DNA from: Heteronotia binoei
Lineage: Eukaryota
Assembly (NCBI RefSeq): GCF_032191835.1
Contig: NC_083234.1
Coordinates: 45,322,001-45,386,000 of the forward strand
DNA length: 64,000 nucleotides
Direction of reading: 5' to 3'
The notes under the pieces: model-generated
Told to the model about the DNA's origin: nothing
Database searches by the model: none
What the model saw: the letters and a program-made list of their open reading frames with translations, nothing else
Translations under genes and position numbers: made by a program
Shown here: piece by piece, positions 22,401-32,889 of the stretch
How the letters are laid out: each line of letters begins with the position of its first letter
Numbering within the stretch: the first letter of the stretch is position 1

Positions 22401-22432
22401 CCTGAAAGTTTCTCTGTAATTACACCAACAGG
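22401..22432 (-). promoter_or_regulatory. MAT2A 3'UTR METTL16 hairpin 1 (CCUGUUGGUGUAAUUACAGAGAAACUUUCAGG)
   Basis: UACAGAGAA at 22410-22418 in a stem-loop ~25 nt after the stop codon; resembles Rfam MAT2A_A. Confidence 0.95.
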
Positions 22433-22456
22433 TCTGGGGAAAGAAGCTCGACATAT

Positions 22457-22559
22457 TCAGTATTTAAGTTTTTTTGGTACTTCCCATGGGAAGCTGTCCC
22501 TACCAAAGTGGCCATAGGCTGCAGTCTTCTGATAAATAGGCTTCTTCAGATCCAGATCC
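22457..22559 (-). CDS. MAT2A: MAT2A exon 9 coding part (103 nt; [33 protein letters not shown])
   Basis: MAT2A-type C-terminus ending PKKLKY; TGA at 22457-22459; acceptor tattccag. Confidence 0.98.
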
Positions 22560-23498
22560 CTGGAATATACAAGTCCGTAACTCAATACAAGGCATTCACC
22601 AAACAAAGCAAAAAGCAGCTACCCCTGAAGGATCAACTTGTATGCGGGATGCTCAATGATGCAGGCCCCAAACAGATCAATGGCTGCCTTGTACAACTTG
22701 CAGTAACCCATTTGCTCCCATTTTGGGAAATGCAGGCAACAGCACAAAGTATGTCCTAAAGCACTAAGCCTCTGGGCTCAATTGGCATTGCATAGTACTT
22801 ACCAGCCTTTGAGAGTTGCTACATCCAACTGCAAATCACCATATGGTTCTCCAGTGGGGTTGACACTATTTGAATAACCAGCTTTTTCTAATCAGACCTA
22901 TCCACTTCCAGAGCACATTCTTAAGGACATAGGCAGCAACACAACAATGTTTGTAGAGCTACTGCAGTGGAGTCACCCCCATGGGGGTGCATTTAATAAC
23001 TGACACCAAGGCTATAGAGTCTTGAGCATCAGTCAATCTAACACTACCTTAAAGATCAGTATTTATCCAAAGAACAGCCTTACTACAGAAACTGGCTTAG
23101 CCTTAAGGCAATCACTACTTATATGAAGCCCTTACAGACTGTTTCCTGGTCAGTTGCACCACCTTGTTTTCATCATGTTTTTGAAATAAACACTGAACAG
23201 AGATCCCTCTGCAAGTAGAGCCCTGGATTCCCTGTAGTGTCCAGGTGATCTAACCTCAGATGCAGCTTGCAGCCACTTCCTTTATCATTAGACCAGCAGG
23301 CTGAATTCCTCATGAACTGCTTCTTTTTGCCCATTTACAGTAGATGGGGGAGTGTCACATAATGGGAGCAATATGAAAACGTTGTACATTCAAGGCAGTT
23401 GACCACAGGCTGGGTCTTGTACATTTGCAGTCTAGTCCCATCCTTATTACCTTGTTTGTATTTATCTGTGCATGCTTATTCTGACCGTGTTTTTTTAC

Positions 23499-23632
23499 CT
23501 GACAATGACCCCTGGGCGGAGGTCAAAGTTCTTCTTCACAATTTCTAGCAGCTCATGTTCACTCTTTTGAGAAGTGCCATAATGGAAAATAGAGACTGAT
23601 AACGGGTCGGCCACACCAATAGCATAGGAAAC
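23499..23632 (-). CDS. MAT2A: MAT2A exon 8 (134 nt; [45 protein letters not shown])
   Basis: Acceptor gctttcag, donor gtaaaa; size and phase as in mammalian MAT2A. Confidence 0.98.
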
Positions 23633-23814
23633 CTGAAAGCAAAATTAACATAAACCACAAGTATTAAAGTATGCTGTAACGTCCGACATCCTGTAGGACC
23701 ACTGGTTTCTATCCCTCCAGACATGTCTCTGCCTGCATTTGACTCTTGAGCTACCATATAACCTAGGTTAGTTCCTAAACTAACTTTTAAAAATGGTTAC
23801 TAATGTTTACTACG

Positions 23815-24240
23815 TAACTAACACTACTTATGCTAGAGGAGAGGCTCTTTTTCAGCCCTGGCCCCGACCTGGTGGAATCACCTCCCGGTGGAGGTTCGGG
23901 CCCTCCAGGATTTGTTACCATTCCGGAGGGCCTGTAAGACAGAGCTGTTCCATCAGGCCTATGGCTGAGGCAGACGGGGATCCTATCATTTAAACTGGGC
24001 CTCCCTGCACTGATTGCACTGTACTGATTCCTTGAAACCAATATAGCCGGAATTTGAGCACCTGGGTTGGGACAAGTAAGCCTAATCAATCTGTTAATAC
24101 CATCTTTGCTGCCCCACCTAATGTGAGCTGTGGCTTAATTGTCTTATTTTAAACTGTTTTAATTGTTTTATTGTGTTGGAAGCTGCCCTGAGCTCACTAT
24201 GGGAAAGGGTGGCCTATAAATCTATGGAAATAAATAACAT
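23815..24240 (+). mobile_element. L2 LINE 3' fragment in MAT2A intron 7
   Basis: gaggctctttttcagccctggccccgacctggtggaatcacctccc... ending with aagctgccctgag...ataaat...aaataaataa. Confidence 0.75.
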
Positions 24241-24273
24241 AAAAGATCACTATTTGTGTGTAAGTCTGATGCT

Positions 24274-24528
24274 GAGGCCCCCTGGCGCAGAGTGGTAAAG
24301 CAGCAATACTGTGATCTGAACTCTCTGCTCACGACCAGAGATCTATCCCAACGAAAGCTGGTTCAGGTAGCCGGCCCAAGGTTGACTCAGCTGGGGGGAA
24401 AGTGTAAACGACTGGGGACGGCAATGGCAAACCACCCTGTAAAAAGTCTGCCATGAAAATGTTGTGAAAGAAACGTCACCCCAGAGTCAGAAACGACTGG
24501 TGCTTGCACAGGGGACCTTTCCTTTCCT
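24274..24528 (+). mobile_element. Sauria SINE with internal deletion, MAT2A intron 7
   Basis: Homologous to 16106-16398 but lacks the central ccttccatcc...ccagctt segment. Confidence 0.85.
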
Positions 24529-24841
24529 GATATTGAGACCTACCAAGTGCCATATATCTACCATTCTGAAAATTCTTCCAGACCACATTACCAACTTATA
24601 CTTAATCACTTAAAGCCACTGTGCCTTGTTTAGCCATCTACCTAACCACCTTTGTCCCAAACAATTAGCTTGTATTCTGCAGTTTTTCTGATTGGACAAT
24701 TGTCAATATAAGGGTGCCTGACGGTTCCATCTCCAGAAACCAGTACTGTAAGCTAACCGCAACTTAACTGTGTTATCATTCTCCTCTTCCCCATTCCCGC
24801 CCCCCCAATCTTTCAGCACAGAAAAAGCAGGGTGACTATAC

Positions 24842-25024
24842 CTGTACAAGTACTCTCCGACACAGACCAGACATTACAAGGGATTTTGCTACCCAGCGAG
24901 CAGCGTAAGAAGCTGAACGGTCGACCTTTGTGTAGTCTTTACCAGAGAAAGCACCACCTCCATGAGCTCCCCAGCCACCATAAGTGTCAACAATTATCTT
25001 CCGGCCAGTCAAACCAGCATCACC
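24842..25024 (-). CDS. MAT2A: MAT2A exon 7 (183 nt; [37 protein letters not shown]...)
   Basis: Contains the AdoMet synthetase GGGAFSGKD signature; acceptor ttgcag, donor gtatag. Confidence 0.98.
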
Positions 25025-25335
25025 CTGCAATTAACAATACTCAATTAAATCATTTAGCCTTCTTTTAAAGTCCAGATGGACACAGCTGCCACCTTCACAA
25101 GACAAAACTGTTGAAGAAAGGGCAGTAAAGAACAGTTATCTTTCACACATACACCATGACTGACATTTTACATTATCAAGGCAATCTGTCCAATTCCACT
25201 TAAATTAATTTTCATATACATAAATAGAACTAAGCTACTGATAACAGCAATTAGGCTATCATCTGCAGCCTCTGAAAAAATTACATTTGTGTTGAACAGG
25301 CAACAGACAAAAAGCGAAAAAACTTTCCCTCATAC

Positions 25336-25554
25336 CTGGGGTCCACCAATTACAAAACGGCCACTAGGCTGCAAGTGATAAACTGTGCTATCATCCAGGT
25401 ACTTTGCAGGCACAACAGCTTTGACCACTTTCTCTTTCAGGGCATCTCGCATTTCATCCAGACAAATTTTATCATCATGTTGAACAGAGATAACAATTGT
25501 ATGGACTCTAATGGGGATGACAGCACCTCGATCCTGCCTGTACAGCACAGTCAC
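25336..25554 (-). CDS. MAT2A: MAT2A exon 6 (219 nt; [12 protein letters not shown]...[12 protein letters not shown])
   Basis: Translation; acceptor ttttcag, donor gtatga; conserved size. Confidence 0.98.
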
Positions 25555-25794
25555 CTGAAAACAAAACCAAGATGAAAAAATAGTATTTTATATGTTCTCC
25601 ATACCTTCAGATTCTGGCAAACTGTTACAACTAAGCAGCTAACTACCTGGCCTCTTCTAACAAAGAAACATTCTATGCATTTACCTATGTGAAGCAGCCC
25701 AATGGAGTTCACCTGCTGCTTTGAAGCATTTACTTGCATAGGCTAGCTTTCATCCACATTTCTCTCACTAGAGTTACACCAACAAGCCATTTAC

Positions 25795-25938
25795 CTGAGT
25801 TTTTGAATCTGGTCGCAGCCAGGGCAAAGTACCATTACGACGGAGTTCTGCCAGTTTAGCATTCAGCTTGTGTGCTATGATAAGTGTCAAGGGCATGCAC
25901 TCTTCAGTCTCATCAGTAGCGTAGCCAAACATCAAGCC
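25795..25938 (-). CDS. MAT2A: MAT2A exon 5 (144 nt; [18 protein letters not shown]...LRPDSKTQ)
   Basis: Translation; acceptor gttacag, donor gtaaat. Confidence 0.98.
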
Positions 25939-26023
25939 CTGTAACAAACAGAGATTTGGAACACCAGTCTCCAAGACAGCCTTAAGAATGCTATCATGTT
26001 CTGTGTAGTTTGTGAACACCAAC

Positions 26024-26136
26024 CTGATCTCCAGCACCAATGTCTTCTTCATTTCTGTCAAGATGAACTCCCTGAGCTATATCAGGGGACTGCTGCTCCA
26101 GAGCAACCAATACATTGCACGTCTTGTAGTCAAAAC
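26024..26136 (-). CDS. MAT2A: MAT2A exon 4 (113 nt; [38 protein letters not shown])
   Basis: GAGDQG signature; the gating loop HLDRNEED is MAT2A-type; acceptor cctag, donor gttggt. Confidence 0.98.
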
Positions 26137-26222
26137 CTAGGAGCCACAAAAGTAATTAAGTATTAATAACCAAACATTTCCATTCACAGCCAGAAAAGGC
26201 TCATCTCATATGGACCACCTAC

Positions 26223-26345
26223 CTTTTGAGGAATCATCATACCCAATGTGTTTGATTGTTTCACGAACTATATTCTGATAGTCAACCGCAGCTCTGGATG
26301 TTATTTCACCAGCCAGGAGAATCATTCCAGTCTTAGCAGCAGCTT
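26223..26345 (-). CDS. MAT2A: MAT2A exon 3 (123 nt; [41 protein letters not shown])
   Basis: Translation; acceptor ttttgtag, donor gtaggt. Confidence 0.98.
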
Positions 26346-26450
26346 CTACAAAAGAAAATTGTACTGGTGTGAGTTCCAAAAGAAGGACTGCTGATCTCAC
26401 TAGCCACACTCCAAACATGTGCTGTTTTCTTTACAGAAGAGTTCACTCAC

Positions 26451-26528
26451 CACATGCTACTTTGGCATCTGGATCTTGTCTAAGATGTGCATCAAGGACA
26501 GCATCACTAATTTGGTCACAAATCTTAT
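26451..26528 (-). CDS. MAT2A: MAT2A exon 2 (78 nt; [26 protein letters not shown])
   Basis: Translation; acceptor atttcag, donor gtgagt. Confidence 0.98.
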
Positions 26529-29376
26529 CTGAAATCAGAAAGTTCACATTATTTTCTAGACATCAGGTTGCTACTATTCCAAAGCTTTAAAAGTTCAGTA
26601 AATTAGCAATCTTAATCGTTTAGAAACACCAGTAATGTCATACAATAGGAAAATTAAATCTAGCATATACTAGTTATTCCCAGACTGCATAACTGTTTGA
26701 TTTTTTTAAAAAAATGACATATTACTAAACCATATGGCAAACTATATTTCTGATGCCAAACAGGGGAACTAAAAACCACCACTCATAGACAACCCTTAAA
26801 ATCCCAACACACAGATAAACTTCAAGACAGCAGAACCCAAATATCTTCTGAACTGTACAGGAGAGTCCAACCTCCCACCCCACCAGTTAAAGGTTTAGTT
26901 GAGCCAATTAGGCTTGCATCCATTTTTTTGCCATTCTTGATTCTTTTCAGACATCATGTTGCCAAGTTCAATTAGAACCTAAAATATACATCTAGACTTT
27001 AACTTTACTGTCTTCATTTGCCCCACAAGAGTTATGACATTAAAATCACATCCAATGTATTGCCTGCACTGTGACACACTTTAAGCAGATGGGGACCACT
27101 CTGTGTAGGTAATTTCATCTAATTATACATAATATGATTCCAAGCCTTAGGATGCTACAACTAAAGCTGGCATCATATAGAGACTTCTGGATTTATAACC
27201 TGCTTTCTGATTACAACGCTCCTTCCCAGGGATTTACGGTACCTTTACAATTTATTTTCTTTTCTCCCTTTCCTTCCCAATGCTTAAGTCCACTGCTTTT
27301 ATGCCCAAGATGTTCCACGGGTGGTATGCCCTGTAACCCTGACAAACTACTCCTTGTAGCAGATGACCATGACAGACCTTTCAGAGCAGTGCAAGGACAG
27401 AGAATAACACCAACAGTTCTATACAACACAGTTCTCCAGAACACAATGATGGGGACTGAACCACAACCAGATTAATAGAAGCAGTCTAGTTTCCACCAAA
27501 GAAGGCCCACAATACCAAAGGAAGTGTCTCCTCACCAGGAATGTCTATTATATTTTAGTTCCAACTTTGAGTACTACCATCCACTATTAAGTATGCCACT
27601 AAGCCAAGAATAGCCTACAACACTGTGTACATAAAAGGCCATAAATGTCATTTCCAGTAACACCCTCTGACATCTAATCAACTTAGCAACTAGAAGAAAT
27701 CATTACACCAAACATATCCAACAGGCAGGGAATGAACATATGCATCTGCCACTGTTCACATGATTAAATCCTGAAGCTCTGAAGTCACAGCAGCAGCTCT
27801 AATTATAAAGTCAGATTATGTTATAGTGTTCAAGGTAAACTACAGATGTACTTATCAAAAAGTTACTTGCTAGATTTTCTATCACAACAAAATATAGTGT
27901 ACAATCACAGAACAACTAACCTTTCTTCCCAAATATAAGATTTAAGCAGAGCAGAACAACATTCTAAAAATCTACATTCAGATAGGTAGATGCATTGGTC
28001 TGAAGCAGCAAAACAAATTTGAGTCCAGTGGCACTTTTAAGACGAACAAAGTTCTACTCAGGGTATAAGATTTCATGTGCATGGTTATGCCTTGAACAAA
28101 ACTTCGTTGGTCTTAAAGGTGCCACTGGACTCAAACTTTGTTCTTCTAAAAATCGTTCATGATGGCAAAACCAAGATAGCTGTGATACAAGAATCTGGAA
28201 TTCATGGGGAACAAAGATCTATCAAGTATAGAAAGAAAAAAGACGTGGTCACAACGTACTTATCAAGGAAAAAACATGTTACTGATGCATCTGTGGGTTT
28301 AAAAACAGAATAAAACCACTGAAATTTGCATAGATTTTCTTGTGCAGGTCTTTGTACACCACCCAGACAGCATAACTGCTCTGAGATGCCACATGGCTTA
28401 ATGAGGCCAAGCCACATGTCTATAGTGTAACTGCTGCTGATTTCCTGCAGCAGAAGACTCACAGTGGCACTGCTGACTTTATTTTGTGCTGGTTCTGCAT
28501 CAAGGACTCTACACATAAGCATACGGACCACCCGAAAATTCTGTAGAGACAATCGTTCCCTATACAAAAGCACACACCCCTAGACCCGAAAACGGCTCTA
28601 CCCAGTCATCTCGCCCCCCCCCCCGTCAGCGCTGGAGACTACCCAACCGTCATGGCGGAGGAAAAAAAGCACCTCCTTCCCAAGCAGTTCGACACAGGAA
28701 CCACTACTCCCCCTTCAGATTAATCAAACCAAGCATTTTCAAACCACTTTTTATCGTCCCTTTTCCCCATACCCGCACTAGTGATTTGGGGGGAAAAATG
28801 CCGGTTGAGGGCTAGCTATAACCCGCCCTTTCTTAATGAAGTCTAGCACCCATCCTGTTCATCATCTCTTTTTTAAGCCTTGTAAGTCTGGGCATCTCCC
28901 TCGTTTTCCTCCTTCCTCACACCACCTCAAAAACGATGTTTTAAAATGGATGCCTCGAATCTTCTCTCTCCCACCCCCCCCCCGCGTCCCCATCCTCTTC
29001 CCCAAGAACTCTCCATGCGGATACCACGTGGTCAGCGCCAGAGTCGTCCGCAATGCGGGGGCGCGTCCACGCCGGCACACGAGCCGGCGGGAGCGCGCGC
29101 CCATACAAGAAGCCGGTCTCGTCATTTTTTTTCGCCCATTCCCGTGATTGCACGAAGGGGGGGGGGGGAGAGCGACAGAAAGGGCGCGCGCGTCTCCCCC
29201 CGCCCCACAATCCAGCGCGACTGAATCGGATTCCCGGGGGTGGGCGCACGCGGTCCCACACCTTCCTCATCACCAGCCCGTCAGCCCGAAACAAGCCTCG
29301 GGTGTCTCTCCCCCAACCACGTCAGCCAGCCTGTCATCCTCCGTCTTCTCCACAGCGAAGTCTTTCTTTCACTCAC

Positions 29377-29455
29377 CTGGGTGCCCCTCCCCCACCGACT
29401 CTGAGGTGAAAAGGAAGCTTCCCTCCTCGATTCTGCTGTCGCGAAATCCGTTCAT
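29377..29455 (-). CDS. MAT2A: MAT2A exon 1 coding part (79 nt; MNGFRDSRIEEGSFLFTSESVGEGHP)
   Basis: gccATGA start; FTSESVGEGHPD motif; donor gtgagt. The nine exons sum to 1176 nt, which is 391 aa plus stop in frame. Confidence 0.97.
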
Positions 29456-29638
29456 GGCGAAACGAAGAAGCTTAAAATGGGGGAAAGCAACAAAAACGGA
29501 ACACGGATACGAGAGAACAAAAAAAATGGCTGAGGGGAGAAAGGCAAACTATACAAACGAACACAACAGACGTCCTAAAACCTTTTTCCCCAAAGCTGGC
29601 GCCTCAAAGGAATGAGAGCGGCAGCCGCTTAACGTGGG

Positions 29639-29646
29639 TATTTATA
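29639..29646 (-). promoter_or_regulatory. MAT2A TATA box (TATAAATA)
   Basis: About 30 nt upstream of a pyrimidine-rich initiator-like ctctcattcc (~29610-29620) and ~190 nt upstream of the ATG. Confidence 0.75.
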
Positions 29647-30685
29647 GAACTAGGCCACACCCACCTCCCGTAAGGCCCGCCCCTTATTCTCCTGCTATAA
29701 CCTAGGCGAGGCCTGGAAAAGACTGCGCGAGCACTATCTCGGCGTCCATCACGCCGTTTAGGCAGGATAATTGCATATTTTGAAAAAAGTCCGCTTCGCT
29801 CATTTCCGTCCTTTAGTGAATGACATTTCCCCCCTATTAAATAAAGGACTACGTGTGTGCAACTCCTATTTATATAATTATTGTGACCAAGGCAAAAATA
29901 ATAATAATAATTAGTAGCCGCACTTCTCCCTGCTACTCCCCCCACCCCACCCGCGCATGTGCCTGGCTTCCTCTAATCGACTCAATCTGTGGCCTGCGAG
30001 AGGCGCAGCGGTACTCATAATTTTCCCGCCTTGGTATGGCAGTGAAAGCGCCTCTTTTAAGAACCCGACCTATCTGTACTCCCTGTTTCACTTACTGGGG
30101 AGTAAACGGGACTTGTTTTTAAGAAAATATGCCTAAATTGGGGCTGTAAGTGTAACTGCTAATATGTGCGGGCGCGGCGCGCAAGGGCCCTGAAAGCTTG
30201 CGTTCTCTTTCTTGAGAAGGAGGGGGGAGCGCGTGGTTCTTTGGGATACCTTGCATAGCCACGACGGCCATGTTGGTTCCGTTTTTGTTTCCTTTTGCTA
30301 TCTCCCAAAGCTCATTCATACAATAACAATCAAAATTTATTAGTGCGGCTTTCAAAAACGAGACAAATATCCGTACTGAAACGCCGGGGCCTGAGCATCA
30401 TGCTCAACACGCACCAAATCCAGACACACCGGGTCCTCTCCAAATTGGCAGTACTGTAAAACTGTAGTCCTATGTATGCCTGAGAGTAAGTCTCACTGGG
30501 AATTCCTGTGCCTTCTTATTTGGGAACAAGTACTCATAGGATCAGGTTGCCTCATTGCAGTGCTTGGGAGTAAACTCAGTGAACATAATGGGACTTCTTT
30601 TGGAATAAATACAGAGCGTCAGGAAAAATGCATAACATTCACAATATGCAATAATGTTCCTGCTTTCATCTCTTAACGATGGAGG

Positions 30686-30829
30686 TAGGGTTGTTTACCC
30701 TGGACTGGGAAATTCCTGAAGATTTGGGGGTGAAGCCTGGGGAGTCTCCTTCCCTTGGGCCTCTGTAGTCTGGAGATCAGCTGGAATTCTGGGAGAAATC
30801 CAGGCCCCATCTGGAGGTTGGCAACCCTA
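30686..30829. mobile_element. tagggttgcca...tggcaacccta MITE (hAT-like)
   Basis: 11-bp TIRs. Related copies at ~38063-38270, 48289-48506, 51504-51688, 58693-58902, 59063-59267 and 62139-62318. Confidence 0.7.
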
Positions 30830-31719
30830 GTTCCAGTCACAGTTCCATTTGGAGTAGTTACTAGAAACAAACTAAAACCATTGTTGCAGTTAGGGCACAG
30901 TAAGTCTTACATTAAAATTCCTTTTAAATTTTGTTTTGGAATAACATTGATTCTATGACAATTTTCATCATATGTGTACTAATGCATTATTTTTTATTTA
31001 GTTTTTACTATTGTGTCATGTTAGCATTTTATTTCAAACCAGCATGAAAAGCTATGGTTGGCTGAAAAGGGGGGTACAGACATAAAGAACTCATACAGTT
31101 CTACAGCTTAATCCAGTGATCTTTCTGGAATTGCCACTGTAATGCTATTGTTTGCCCCCAAACTCTGGTAACATTAAAATGATACAGCCAAACAAATGCC
31201 AAGCTCCAGGTGGGCTCTGAAGACATCCTGGAATTACAATTGATCTCCAATCCATAGGAGCACTATATGGGATTATACCTGCTGAGGTCCCTTCACCCAC
31301 CCCAAACCCTGCTGTCCCCAGGCTCCACCCCCAAATCTCCAGGGATTTTCCAAGACAAAACAAGCAGCCCTAACAAATAACACAATGCCAGCAGAGTCCA
31401 AAAGCAACTGACTGCATCCTTCAACAATACACATATATCTATGGACAACTTCTCCAGCAGTTCTACAGAGAAAGCATCAGACCATGCAGCCATTACACAG
31501 CTACATGGCTTCCAATTAACGTTGATGTAACCATAAAGGGGGGGAAGCAGTAAACAAGCAGACACTGCTGCATCATGCTTGGATCTAGCTCCAGCTGACA
31601 GTCCTGTCTCTCAAGGCACCAGGTTCCATTAATGGGCAAAGCCTATATCTACTTGGTTTCTCCCCAAAGCAATTTTGGATATGCCCTGGGACCAGGCAAA
31701 GTTAGTTCTAAAACGGAGA

Positions 31720-32325
31720 GCGATAGATGTGGAGAGGCAAGCAGATCTTAGTGGATCTTAATTTTTAGAGCGTCTGATTAAACCAGATACAGTTTGGCTC
31801 CTATAGCATATTTAACACATCTTGACATTTATAAGTTTAGGAAAGCCTTTACATTGGCCAGATGTGAGGCATTCCCCTCTGCAGTGCTTGAGGGTAAATA
31901 TAGAAGGGTTTCTTTTGACCAGAGATTCTGCTTATCTGGTTCTGGGGAAGTAGAAACCACTGAACATATGTTTAGATGCAAGTGGTACAATGAGGTCCAA
32001 AGTAAATTCATTATACCATTTGTAAAGCAAAAGCCAGGTCACTCAGACTCAGCCTGTTGTAATAAATTACTCTCTGATGAAAATCATGCCATCACTAAAT
32101 CTGGGGCTAAATTTTGGGCGGCATGCTATTACATTAGAAAGGTACAGCTAAATCTGTAAACATTTCTAAGGAAATTTCAGTATATATTTCTAAGGAAAAT
32201 CGGTATATATTGTATACTTTTATTAATATTGGATATATTTATTTTATTTATTCTGTTTTATAACTTTTGTAGTCATGTATACTGTCTGGCTTGGTACCGT
32301 AATAAATTATTGATTGGTTGATTGA
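31720..32325 (+). mobile_element. RTE-X-like LINE 3' end (ORF2 C-terminal zinc-knuckle region)
   Basis: ORF 31794-32159 reads RKAFTLARC...RFCLSGSGEVETTEHMFRCKWY, followed by an AT-rich 3'UTR and a (ttga)n tail. Subfamily assignment is tentative. Confidence 0.7.
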
Positions 32326-32498
32326 GTCAGCCACAAGTTCTTGCAGAACTGTTCCTCTCAAGAACAGTTTCTGTCAGAGCTCTCTCAGCTCTCCCTACCT
32401 CACAGGTTGTCTGTTGAGTGGAGAGGAAAGTAAGCTGCTCTGAGACTCCTTCGGGTAGTGAGGGGCGGGGGGGGGGGTATAAATCCAATCTCTTCTTC
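32326..32498 (+). mobile_element. Squam3-type SINE, 5'-truncated
   Basis: Matches the 3' half of the 55391 copy. Confidence 0.75.
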
Positions 32499-32889
32499 TG
32501 AAAAGGCACTACCATTATCTTTGTGGGGGAAATGGTATAGGCTACCTTAATAAGTTTTAAAAGAGCAACAAACAATTGTGTTGTCAGTTCGAACATTCTG
32601 AACGCATGGAAAACTAAAATTGTTCCTAAGTTTCATTTATATAAATGTAGCCTGATGATGTCAGCACAGGGAACTGTGTTGGATAGCACCAACGTAGTGC
32701 TGATGCGGCATCCATTGCTGTCAGAACAGCAGTTGTGCAAAGTAGTAGGGGGAAACTGGACAGTCCTAGGGCATGTCATGGCATAAGTGGGTCTTAATCA
32801 AAATCCTATGCTTGGTAAGGGTATCGACCCACCTCCCCCAAAGGTAAATTTCATCATTATGGTGTTATGTTATGCTGTTAGCCATCAGT

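Larger units (their letters stand above)
28520..30440. promoter_or_regulatory. MAT2A CpG island (intron 1 start, exon 1, promoter and upstream flank)
   Basis: Dense CpG/GC content relative to the AT-rich flanks; GC box ggcccgcccc at ~29673-29682. Confidence 0.85.

Noticed and set aside
25939-25945. MAT2A intron 4 acceptor ends in TACAG, recalling METT-10 methylation of sams 3' splice sites in C. elegans
   Set aside because: The exon continues GGCT, not AGAA or AAAC, so the METTL16 consensus is not formed.
28836-29945. Several 90-155 aa ORFs on both strands
   Set aside because: CpG-island artefacts overlapping MAT2A exon 1 and intron 1.
31464-31472. TACAGAGAA nonamer on the plus strand upstream of MAT2A
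   Set aside because: No GUGU leader or closing stem, no U6 context, and not in a known transcript. One chance 9-mer is expected in a window this size.
32650-32730. TGATGA...CTGA resembling C/D snoRNA boxes
   Set aside because: No terminal stem, no second box pair, and no host intron established.
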